Shown in pieces: positions 17,056 to 24,224 of a stretch of DNA of 24,224 nt. Below the pieces are notes generated by a model. The model made no database searches and had not been told where the DNA came from. It saw nothing but the letters and a program-made list of their open reading frames with translations. The stretch's first letter is position 1. The number at the start of each line of letters is the position of its first letter. Origin of the DNA: a virus (Duplodnaviria; Caudoviricetes); the IMG/VR virus record IMGVR_UViG_3300046383_000019, positions 1 through 24,224 of that record. The stretch is one strand, 5' to 3'. A program made the position numbers and the translations under genes.

Positions 17056-17172
17056 CGATTCGTAGGCGACGAACAGTGATTACTTCACACATCGTCGCTA
17101 GGGACCATCGACTGTTCTAGCAGTCGCTGGTCTCCGCCTATCGGCGCGAATCGGTGCTCTGACAATCAGAGC
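17056..17172. ncRNA. Candidate structured RNA (four-way junction plus extra hairpin)
   Basis: Closing stem CGATTCG/CGAATCG encloses hairpins 17066-17098, 17101-17134 and 17135-17146. A further hairpin GCTCTGA-CAA-TCAGAGC lies at 17156-17172. Confidence 0.5.
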
Positions 17173-17473
17173 GGTGTGCTGCTATTGGCGTACAGCGCGG
17201 CCGGCAGCTCAACCTTTATCTCCGTTGCAATCGATATATTGCGACTAGCGCGCCGTCACGCCCGTTGTGGCTGGCCTCGCGCCGGCCGAGGCGGCGGCAG
17301 GGCGGCCTCGAGCGAATTGGATCGGCGATCTGAGCCGGTCGATCCGGCGTCGATCGACGCCCGATCAGGTGCGCTGCCGGCGCAGCGACGCCGATAGCTG
17401 CGCCCATGTGAGCGATCAGCGACGCCCTCCGCCGACCGCGATCGGGGTACGATCTGTTAGTTGGGAGGGTGTA

Positions 17474-18313
17474 GTGAGCAGTAAACAGACCGTGTTTGCA
17501 GGTTGTATCGCCGGCGTAGTTGCGGCTTGCGGCGGCGCCGGGCTCGAGGGCATCGGCGACACCATGCGCGAGGCGGGCGAAGCGCTCGCCGGCGTCGGCG
17601 GCTCGATGGTCGCCGGCTCGGGCGGCGCCTCGGGCTCGGCTGCCGGCGTCGGCGGCTCGGTCGCCATGCGGCGGACTGTGGGCGGCATGCTCGCAGCTGC
17701 CGGCTCGAGCGTCGCCCATGCAGGTCGAGCGATGGCAGGCGCGGCTGCCGGCAGCGGCGGCGGCGTCGCCGGCGCCGCTGCGCAGGAGCCGCAGGCCGAT
17801 GCGCTGCCGCGGCCGCACTGGATCCTGCGAGACAAGCACGGCACGCCCATGCAGGTCGATGCGACGCCCGGCTATGCCGACACGACGCCCGGCTTCGGCG
17901 TGCAGCCTGATTGCGTCTCGATCACGCATGCCGGGCAGCGGCGCATCGGGCTCGGCTACATGCTGAGCACTGGCAAGGTCGCGCTGCCGGGCGAGTGCAA
18001 TGCGACGGGCGTGTATGATCAGCGCCCGAGCTGGCGCTCGAGCGGCGCGCTATGGTCCTTCGCCGACGCGCAGTGCGAGACGCCGCTCGCAACCTCCGCA
18101 GTGTTCATCGTCGCGATCGGCGACCAGCTTTATCACAGTCAGACAGGCGCGCCGACCGTGCCGAGCACCCTGTATCGGTGGGTTAGTGAGAGCGCGACCT
18201 GCGAGGCATTCGCAAACACGAGCAATGCGCGCATGTGGACATGGGCGCCGATGCCGAGCGAGGTCGCCGGGCTTCTATCGCAGGCGCCCTATACGCTCGA
18301 GCTCGCCTACTGA
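17474..18313 (+). CDS. Putative lipoprotein (moron)
   Basis: GGGAGG RBS, GTG start, signal peptide ending in lipobox-like VAAC, Gly/Ala linker, then a Cys-containing globular domain. Confidence 0.7.
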   Translation: MSSKQTVFAGCIAGVVAACGGAGLEGIGDTMREAGEALAGVGGSMVAGSGGASGSAAGVGGSVAMRRTVGGMLAAAGSSVAHAGRAMAGAAAGSGGGVAGAAAQEPQADALPRPHWILRDKHGTPMQVDATPGYADTTPGFGVQPDCVSITHAGQRRIGLGYMLSTGKVALPGECNATGVYDQRPSWRSSGALWSFADAQCETPLATSAVFIVAIGDQLYHSQTGAPTVPSTLYRWVSESATCEAFANTSNARMWTWAPMPSEVAGLLSQAPYTLELAY

Positions 18314-18326
18314 GATCCGCGCCCGA

Positions 18327-18602
18327 TCAGCGTGCGACCGCGGCCGGCTGCCGATTGCGATTGCGCCGGCGCAGCTCGGCCTCGAGCTCGGCGAGCTGTC
18401 TTAGGCTGGCGACGCCATGCGTCACAGTGCAGTCGAGCGTCTCGAGGTCGATGTCGCCGGCGCCCTGTGTCGGGCGGAAGCCGCCCGGCGTGCGAGGCTT
18501 GCCGAGCAAGAGAAACCGCCGCGCCCGGCGACGCACGATCGCCGGCACGAGTGCGACGCACTCGCCGAGCTGAACGCTCATCGTGGTTACGGTCGACGCC
18601 AT
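18327..18602 (-). CDS. Hypothetical protein
   Basis: ORF downstream of the early operon, CATGAT-N7-ATG upstream; start could be 18614. Confidence 0.45.
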   Translation of the reverse strand: MASTVTTMSVQLGECVALVPAIVRRRARRFLLLGKPRTPGGFRPTQGAGDIDLETLDCTVTHGVASLRQLAELEAELRRRNRNRQPAAVAR

Positions 18603-18650
18603 GCCGCCGATCATGACACGTCGCCGATCAGCGAGCTAGCAAGTGACTTG

Positions 18651-18968
18651 CTAGCGCTCGGGCGCCGCGCGCTGCCTCGAGCGCCATGCAGCCGCATCCG
18701 GGCAGCTCGCGAAATGTGACTGTCGCAGCACGAGCTCGTGACCAGCGAGCAGCCGCCGCGCTGCGCGGTCGAGCACGGTCGCCGCCCATACGCCGCGGCG
18801 ATAGGCGAGCTCGATCGTACCCTCGGCGCACGGGTCGCGGTCGACCGGCATGCGGCCGCCTGTGACAGTCAACGCCCATACGATCGGTTTGCCGCAGCTG
18901 CGGCAGGCGCTGACCGGCAGCTCGGGCTGCGGCGCCTCGGGTCGCTGCGCGGGTTTTATCGTCGGCAT
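18651..18968 (-). CDS. Phage zinc-binding hypothetical protein
   Basis: 'CRSCGKPIVWA.T..G.RMPVD..P' and 'SHFASCP.A..WR', a common phage motif. Confidence 0.8.
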   Translation of the reverse strand: MPTIKPAQRPEAPQPELPVSACRSCGKPIVWALTVTGGRMPVDRDPCAEGTIELAYRRGVWAATVLDRAARRLLAGHELVLRQSHFASCPDAAAWRSRQRAAPER

Positions 18969-19055
18969 ATATATCTCTCGGCTGGAAATGACTCGAGCCG
19001 AGGTCGGGCGCCGCCTGCGCCCTCGTGCCTCGGCTCGCGACGCTATCAGCAGCGA

Positions 19056-20297
19056 TCAGTGCGCAATAGCCTCATCGTCGGCGCCCGGCCGGCCGCTGCC
19101 ATTCAGATCCCAACCTAGGCCGGGCGCGCCCTCGAGGGCGGCCTCGCCGAACGGGTCACTGTCGCCGGCCGCCGCCTGCTCGCGCGCTCGAGCCGCCTGC
19201 AGAGCTCGCTGCACGCTGCTGCCGTGTTTGATGAGCGCGCGCAGGCGCGGTTTGTTTCGAGGGTTCGCGATGGCCGCATCGACCGCCGCGGCGTAGGCCT
19301 CGAGCGGCGCGACGCCGGCCTGCTCGAGCGGCCGGCCGGCCCATTCGCCCGAGCCCGACCAGTCGGCGAGGCGCGAGAATGAGGGCGGCTGCGCCGGCGC
19401 CTCGGTCGACTGGTCGACTGGTCGCTCGAGCGCTCGAGCGTCTGACTGCTCGGGCGCCTGATCGACTGCACGCCCGGCCGCTCGCTCGGCTCGAGCTCGC
19501 CGAGGGCGAGGCGCGGCCGCAGGCGCCGGCTGCGCGACGGCTGGCACCTGCGGCTCGGGCGCGCCCTCATTGAGCCAGGCGCCGAGCTGCGCGCCGAGCT
19601 CGCGACCCGGCCTCGCGATGGTCGCGCGGTCGAATAGCTCGCAGCGCGACTTGCTCACGAGCAGGTCGTGCGCGAGCGTGAGATCGCCGACCACGTCAAA
19701 CTCATACTCCAGTCCGTCGCGCTGTATGGGCGCTAGCCCGACCTTGCGCGGCGCCTTGCTCGAGCCGCCGCGGCCGTTGTCGACATCCTCGAGGACCCAT
19801 TCGGTCTTCGCCCGCATCGTGACGATCAGATGCATCGGCGCGGCCGTGAGAGCGTCGACTAGCCTGTTATGCTCGGGCGTGACCTCGCGCCATGCAGCAA
19901 AACTGTTGCCCGAGCGGCTGCGCGCGGTCGCCTGATCGACCATCTCGAGCGCGCCGTCGCGGCCGGCCCATGCTTGCGATAGGCCATCGACGATCAGCAC
20001 CTCGAGCCGCGCCTCGGCCGCCGCCCGGATGGCCTCGACATAGATGCGCGGCGCGAATGACTCGAGCGGCAGCGTGACAAAGTCGACGCCCTTGCCCGCA
20101 TGTTTCAGCGCCGAGCCGCGCTCGCTGTCTATGAGGCCGATGCGCGAGAGGCCGAGCTCGCGCGCGAGGCCTGCGGCGATCTGCAGGGCGGAATATGTCT
20201 TACCCGATCCGCTCGGCCCGATGAGGGCGAGCCGGGCAAGCGCACGCCGGCGCTCGGCCGGCACGAATCGCAGGGTCGATGCTGTGCTGCTCTGCAT
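19056..20297 (-). CDS. Phage AAA ATPase (AAA_24 / Sak4-like recombination protein)
   Basis: Walker A 'GPSGSGKT', 'IDSERGS', 'VLIVDGLSQAW.G.DG.L', 'HLIVTMRAK', 'GLAPIQRDGLEYEFD'. Alternative start 20309. Confidence 0.85.
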   Translation of the reverse strand: MQSSTASTLRFVPAERRRALARLALIGPSGSGKTYSALQIAAGLARELGLSRIGLIDSERGSALKHAGKGVDFVTLPLESFAPRIYVEAIRAAAEARLEVLIVDGLSQAWAGRDGALEMVDQATARSRSGNSFAAWREVTPEHNRLVDALTAAPMHLIVTMRAKTEWVLEDVDNGRGGSSKAPRKVGLAPIQRDGLEYEFDVVGDLTLAHDLLVSKSRCELFDRATIARPGRELGAQLGAWLNEGAPEPQVPAVAQPAPAAAPRPRRARAERAAGRAVDQAPEQSDARALERPVDQSTEAPAQPPSFSRLADWSGSGEWAGRPLEQAGVAPLEAYAAAVDAAIANPRNKPRLRALIKHGSSVQRALQAARAREQAAAGDSDPFGEAALEGAPGLGWDLNGSGRPGADDEAIAH

Positions 20298-20305
20298 GGG
20301 CGCCC

Positions 20306-20887
20306 TCATCGAAACCGCAGATGACGTTTGACCGGCGCGAGCTGCGCGAATGCGAGCTGCGCGCCGCCCTTGAGTGCGGCTGCGATGGCAGACAGCGACG
20401 GGCGGCGCTCGATCACGCAATATTCGTCCGGAATCTCGCGATCATCGAGCGCGAGCAGCTCGACTGTCTGCGGCGAGCGCTGCAGGTAGACAGTCACTGT
20501 CGGCGTCTTGAGCTTGTCTGTGCCGAGTTTCTCGAGCTCGGCCTGCAGCCGCTCGCGCAGCCGCCGCTGCTCGAGCTCGCGCGCCTGCGCCTTGCCGCGG
20601 TAGGCCTGCTCGAGCTCGTGATAGGCCTCGGCCTCGGCGCGCAGCCGCTCGCAGACATGGCCGTATGCCTCGACCTTGCGCTGCAGCGATAGGTTGAGCT
20701 GGTCGATGGCGCCGCCGAGCTCGAGGCGCACCTCGCCCGTGTCAGGGTCGACGCCCTGCTCGACCAGCTCGAGCAAATGGTCGACCAGCTCGCCGAGCGG
20801 CAGCGCCGCCGCGGTCAGGTTTGTCACTGCTTGCCGCAGCATCGTCGACAACTCGACAGGTGCGCGATCCGGTGTAGTCGCTTGCAT
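20306..20887 (-). CDS. Siphovirus Gp157-family protein
   Basis: AAGGAG RBS; coiled coil 'KVEAY....L.AEAEA', 'KLKTP..TV..Q.SP..V', 'IPDEY', 'AI.AALKGG', C-terminal 'HLRFR'. Confidence 0.8.
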   Translation of the reverse strand: MQATTPDRAPVELSTMLRQAVTNLTAAALPLGELVDHLLELVEQGVDPDTGEVRLELGGAIDQLNLSLQRKVEAYGHVCERLRAEAEAYHELEQAYRGKAQARELEQRRLRERLQAELEKLGTDKLKTPTVTVYLQRSPQTVELLALDDREIPDEYCVIERRPSLSAIAAALKGGAQLAFAQLAPVKRHLRFR

Positions 20888-21068
20888 ACAATACTCCTTA
20901 GCCGCGCGCCGATTGAAACGAGCTAGCGCGCGCGAGCAATATAGTGTGCGCGCTATATATCGAAGCCAAGGTGACGCGCACGAGTTTCCTTACAGCGGCG
21001 CACAAATCGCGGCGTGGCAGTATTTCTCGGCTTTACACGTACGCCACATTTGTCGACATTCTGCGCGG

Positions 21069-21386
21069 ATGCGGACTGACAGCGCGGCCTCCGACATCGT
21101 GACTGCGATCCTAGATGCCAGTGCGATCGGCGCGCCGCCGACGCTGCTCGAGCTCGCCCTCGTGCTCGAGGTCGAGCTGCGAGCGCGGCGAGGCGCGCCG
21201 CTCGAGCTCGAGCTCGAGCCGAAGCCGCGACTGACTTTTGACTCAGCGTCGCCGAGGCAGGACGCCCTGCTCGCCTTCGGCCTCGCGCGCTATCTCGCGT
21301 CGCTCGGCATGGAGGCGGCTGTGCGAGCGCTCGCCGCCGCGCTGCAGCGTGCATGCGTGATCGAGTGTCGGACCGTGTCTGGCTAA
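21069..21386 (+). CDS. Hypothetical protein, possibly a degenerate ImmA/IrrE-like domain
   Basis: 'L.FD...SPRQDALLAFGLARYL' resembles the 'RQRFTLAHELGH' region but lacks HExxH. CATTCT-N6-ATG upstream. Confidence 0.5.
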   Translation: MRTDSAASDIVTAILDASAIGAPPTLLELALVLEVELRARRGAPLELELEPKPRLTFDSASPRQDALLAFGLARYLASLGMEAAVRALAAALQRACVIECRTVSG

Positions 21387-21445
21387 CGGTTCCGGCTACA
21401 GCTGCGGCTCGAGACGGAGGCCGGGCTGTCTGGCTAACGCTTCCG
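21376..21445 (+). repeat. 19-bp direct repeat pair (1 mismatch) with 32-bp spacer
   Basis: TGTCTGGCTAACGGTTCCG (21376-21394) and TGTCTGGCTAACGCTTCCG (21427-21445). Confidence 0.85.
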
Positions 21446-22012
21446 TTTGCTGCTGCTGCTGCTGCTGCGCCTCGGCACGACGCCGGGCGCGACCGGCCGA
21501 GCGCCGCTCGCCGCGGCGCCGATCAGCGACTTCGCCACTAGCGCATTCGTGATCGCCTCATCGACCGAGGCGGCGCTCTGATCGAGCGCGTTTACAAATG
21601 ACTGGACATACGATCGGGTGACTCGCTGATAGCGACCATCCGAGCCGAGATGGTCAGCGAATGCCTTGCGAGCGCGCGGCGACGCGTCGATCTCACTCAG
21701 CAGTAACCGAATGTCAGCATCGGTCAGCTCGGGCTCGCGCCCGGCCGCAGGGTGTCGCCCGGCGTGTCCCCAGCATAGATTAGAGATGGAGACATCGAGC
21801 ACAGCGGCGACGCGCAGCAGCTGCGAGAGGCTAGGGCACGCAGTGCCGACATCCCATTTGTCGACGGTCGAGTAAGCCAGCTGACAGCGCCGACAAAACT
21901 CGGCGCGAGTAAACCCTCGCGCAAGATACATCGCCCATATCCGGCGCTGCAGCGTCGGCTCGCTAAGCGGATCGCTCGTGTTGGGCGCAGGTCGGGTCGG
22001 CTTCCGGCTCAC
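21434..22012 (-). CDS. CI-like XRE HTH repressor
   Basis: 'RGFTRAEFCRRCQLAYSTVDKWDVG...PSLSQLLRVAAVLDVSISNL'. Divergent from the Cro-like gene. GTG start inferred. No S24 peptidase domain evident. Confidence 0.8.
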   Translation of the reverse strand: MSRKPTRPAPNTSDPLSEPTLQRRIWAMYLARGFTRAEFCRRCQLAYSTVDKWDVGTACPSLSQLLRVAAVLDVSISNLCWGHAGRHPAAGREPELTDADIRLLLSEIDASPRARKAFADHLGSDGRYQRVTRSYVQSFVNALDQSAASVDEAITNALVAKSLIGAAASGARPVAPGVVPRRSSSSSSKRKR

Positions 22013-22095
22013 GGCGTTTGTGTAAGCGAGGTGCTGCCGCCGCGGCAAATATATTCGTTCAAGGGGGCCGGCTCGGCGCGCCCGCTGTGGCGCCG

Positions 22096-22130
22096 TTGCG
22101 ATTATCGCGCCGACGCTATATATCGACCGT
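22096..22130 (+). promoter_or_regulatory. Putative sigma70-type leaderless promoter of cro overlapping a candidate operator
   Basis: TTGCGA-N17-TATATC-N6-ATG; CGCTATATATCGA at 22114-22126. Confidence 0.55.
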
Positions 22131-22481
22131 ATGCAATTGCACGATTGGATCACTGCGCAACCTCGAGGCGCGATCACGAGATTGCACACGCGTACCGGCA
22201 TCGCATACGCGACCCTGCACAAAAGCTACCGCGGCAAGCGAGTGCGCTACGCGACCGCGGTCCGCATAAGCACAGCGACGGGCGGCGCCGTCTCGATCGC
22301 GGAGCTGTGCGAGCCGTCGCCGATCGCCGCGCTCGGCGACCTGCGGCGGCGCGCTCGAGGCGATGAGGGTCAGCCGCCGAAGGCGGCGATCCGCAAGCGC
22401 AAGGCAGCGCGCAAGCGCCGGAATAAGCGCTCGGCGAGCTCGAGCCGCAGCCTCGCAGGAGCCGCGCATGCAGCGGCCTAG
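22131..22481 (+). CDS. Cro/YdaS-like HTH regulator
   Basis: 'MQLHDWI...RGAITRL...TGIAYATL....G......AVRISTATGGAVSIAEL', plus a basic tail. Confidence 0.8.
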   Translation: MQLHDWITAQPRGAITRLHTRTGIAYATLHKSYRGKRVRYATAVRISTATGGAVSIAELCEPSPIAALGDLRRRARGDEGQPPKAAIRKRKAARKRRNKRSASSSRSLAGAAHAAA

Positions 22482-23895
22482 CCGGGCGGCTGCGCCGCAG
22501 CGCCGTGCCCTGCAGCGCTCGCAGCGCGAGCCGAACCCGAGCGACACTCGCGCCGATCAGTCGCCGGCGCAAGGGCGCGCTCTGCTGCGGCGCCCGGTCG
22601 GCAGGTGGGCGAAGAACTGGTCGACGTACTATGGCGCGCACTCGCCGCTCGATGGCTACGGCAGGTCAGTGCTCGCCGGCGTCACGCTGCTAGCGCAGGC
22701 ATGGGCGTCGCGTGTTGACAGTCAACAGGACAGTTCCCTGTGTTTGCTCGACCAGCCGCTCGAGGTCACGCGCAGAAAATCGTCGATGTATGAGGGCGTA
22801 TCACACAGTTTCTGCGCGCAATTCGCGTTTTGGCAGGGCAGAAAATACGCCGCCGCCGACGGGCCGAGCGAGCGCGAGGCCGAGGCTTTTGCCTACTCGG
22901 CAGCGGCGATCCGATGGCCAGATTCTGCGCCCTGCACGCTCACAGAAATCGCGCGGTATTGCGACCTGCCTCGAGCCCGAGTCGAGCGCGCGCTCGATGC
23001 GTTAGTCGACCTCGGCGAGGCCTATGTAAGTGTCGATGGCGCTTGGGTTTTAGTCAACTATTGGAGGTCGCAAGAGACGCCGAGCGCGCGCAGCAAACGA
23101 GCCGCTCGAGCAGGCGGCAGACGCGTTGACAGTCAACAGTCAGAGTGCGCGGAAAGTCACAGTGACAGTCGCGTTGACCTTCCGAGCGCCGGCGACGTTG
23201 ACAGTCCCGAGGACATTCCGTGTGACCTACAGAACAGAACAGATCTCAGAAGTAGAGATCTGCAGCGGCGGCGAGATCAGACAGGATCAGATTCTCGAGC
23301 CGCAGATGCGTGCTCGCCGGCCTCCGTACCGAGGTTGGCAACCAATTCGCGCGCGACCCTGCTCGAGCCCGAGCCGCTCGAGCTCGAGCGTGATGCCCGA
23401 TTGCGCGAGCGTGCCGATGGTTTGCTGCTTCCCGAGGCGATCGGCGCTAGCGATGAGCGGCCCGAGGTCGACGCGCCGCAGCCGGGCGCACAGGCGCCGC
23501 AACAGGGCGCGCCGATCGGCGACTCGGCGCCGGAGCATGTTGGCTATCACTGGCTACACGCCATCCTATGGCCGATCGCGACCGTGCCGGCGCCGAGCTG
23601 CGAGGGCAAATGGCGCAGCGCCTATCGCGAGATCGGCGAGCGACCTGCCGATGAGCGCGAGCGCGTCGCTGCATGCGTGCGCGCCGAGCTCATCGCCGGG
23701 CATCTCAAGCCTCGCATGTGCCATCCGCGGCATATCAGCGATCACTGGCTGTATTACCTCGCCGGCGAGCCGCCTCGAGGCAAGGGTGCGATCGCGAAGG
23801 CCGAGCAGCCGACGCAGCCGATAGCGGCGACGCGCGCAGAGTTTGTCGCCGCGGCCGAGCGGCTGCCGGCATGGATGAATGAGGCGGCGTCGTGA
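22468..23895 (+). CDS. Phage replication initiator (lambda O / replisome-organiser-like)
   Basis: AGGAG RBS; winged-HTH 'TLTEIARYCDLPRARVERALDALVDLG...DGAWVLVNYWRSQ', then 'SARSKRAAR'; internal iterons; followed by a loader ATPase. Confidence 0.75.
   Translation: MQRPSRAAAPQRRALQRSQREPNPSDTRADQSPAQGRALLRRPVGRWAKNWSTYYGAHSPLDGYGRSVLAGVTLLAQAWASRVDSQQDSSLCLLDQPLEVTRRKSSMYEGVSHSFCAQFAFWQGRKYAAADGPSEREAEAFAYSAAAIRWPDSAPCTLTEIARYCDLPRARVERALDALVDLGEAYVSVDGAWVLVNYWRSQETPSARSKRAARAGGRRVDSQQSECAESHSDSRVDLPSAGDVDSPEDIPCDLQNRTDLRSRDLQRRRDQTGSDSRAADACSPASVPRLATNSRATLLEPEPLELERDARLRERADGLLLPEAIGASDERPEVDAPQPGAQAPQQGAPIGDSAPEHVGYHWLHAILWPIATVPAPSCEGKWRSAYREIGERPADERERVAACVRAELIAGHLKPRMCHPRHISDHWLYYLAGEPPRGKGAIAKAEQPTQPIAATRAEFVAAAERLPAWMNEAAS
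23121..23295. other. Putative replication origin inside the initiator gene
   Basis: GTTGAC/TGACAGTC repeats at 23125, 23163, 23173 and 23197, followed by purine-skewed AGAAC/AGATC repeats. Confidence 0.65.
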
Positions 23896-24224
23896 GCACG
23901 CCCGAGCGGCTCGCGAATGCGATCACAGCGCTCGGGCGTGTGATCGTCAACGATGAGCGCGCCGCCGATGTCGAGCGCGAGCAGCGCGCGGCGGAGGCGC
24001 TGCGCGATCGCACAGCGCGCGCCGAGCGGCTCGAGGCCGAGCGTGTGCCGCTGCCCGAGGCCGATGTTCGGCTGCTCATAGATGGCAGGCTAAAGCCGAC
24101 GCTCGCAGCGCGCGCAGTGCGGCGCTGGCTATCGCTCGCGAGCGCGCCTCGCCTGCTCATGCTCCACGGCTGCAGCGGCAGCGGCAAGTCGCTCGGCGCC
24201 GGGCTCGCGATCGCAACGGCGGAC
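23892..24224 (+). CDS. DnaC/IstB-like helicase loader ATPase (3'-truncated)
   Basis: GTGA overlap with the initiator stop. Translates VSTPERLANA...VRRWL...LLMLHGCSGSGKS (Walker A). Runs off the window. Confidence 0.75.
   Translation, partial: MSTPERLANAITALGRVIVNDERAADVEREQRAAEALRDRTARAERLEAERVPLPEADVRLLIDGRLKPTLAARAVRRWLSLASAPRLLMLHGCSGSGKSLGAGLAIATAD

Larger units (their letters stand above)
1..24224. mobile_element. Temperate myovirus-like phage / probable phage-plasmid (partial)
   Basis: Baseplate, fibre, immunity, recombination and replication modules together with ParA/RHH and a Cre-like resolvase. No host housekeeping genes. Confidence 0.85.

Noticed and set aside
17056-17153. tRNA gene
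   Set aside because: Arm lengths do not fit, and there is no GTTCRA T-loop, 7-nt anticodon loop or CCA.
21376-21445. CRISPR array
   Set aside because: Only two 19-bp repeats, non-palindromic, no cas genes; kept only as a low-score finding.
21449-21467. (GCT)n microsatellite as a contingency locus
   Set aside because: It is an in-frame Ser run in the repressor's disordered tail; length change would not shift the frame.
1-24224. Many long overlapping Arg/Ala-rich ORFs in the six-frame track (e.g. 5422-6231, 9751-10488, 15105-15884, 15835-16596)
   Set aside because: Shadow ORFs expected at ~70% GC; they overlap better-supported genes and lack motifs.

Overview
High-GC (~70%) segment of a temperate contractile-tailed (myovirus-like) phage that appears to be a phage-plasmid. 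Left to right: (1) the end of a + strand tail/baseplate operon (tape measure C-terminus, Dit-like, plug, hub, a Pro-Glu repeat protein, Gp138-like spike, an inserted HTH gene, wedge, baseplate J, DUF2612-like). (2) A - strand block of tail-fibre/receptor-binding paralogues: three anchor domains and three Asp-box beta-propellers spread over four genes. (3) A ParA + ribbon-helix-helix partition cassette with 8-bp phased repeats, and a Cre-like tyrosine recombinase next to an 11-6-11 inverted-repeat site. (4) Accessory genes, many apparently leaderless, a cloverleaf-like structured RNA candidate and a lipoprotein. (5) An early region with Sak4-like AAA and Gp157 genes, a CI/Cro-like switch, a replication initiator with internal iterons, and a truncated DnaC/IstB-like loader. 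CTCGAG is strongly over-represented except in the fibre block. A Myxococcota/Polyangia host is only a guess from composition and lipoprotein style. All family assignments come from motif recognition and synteny, not database searches.
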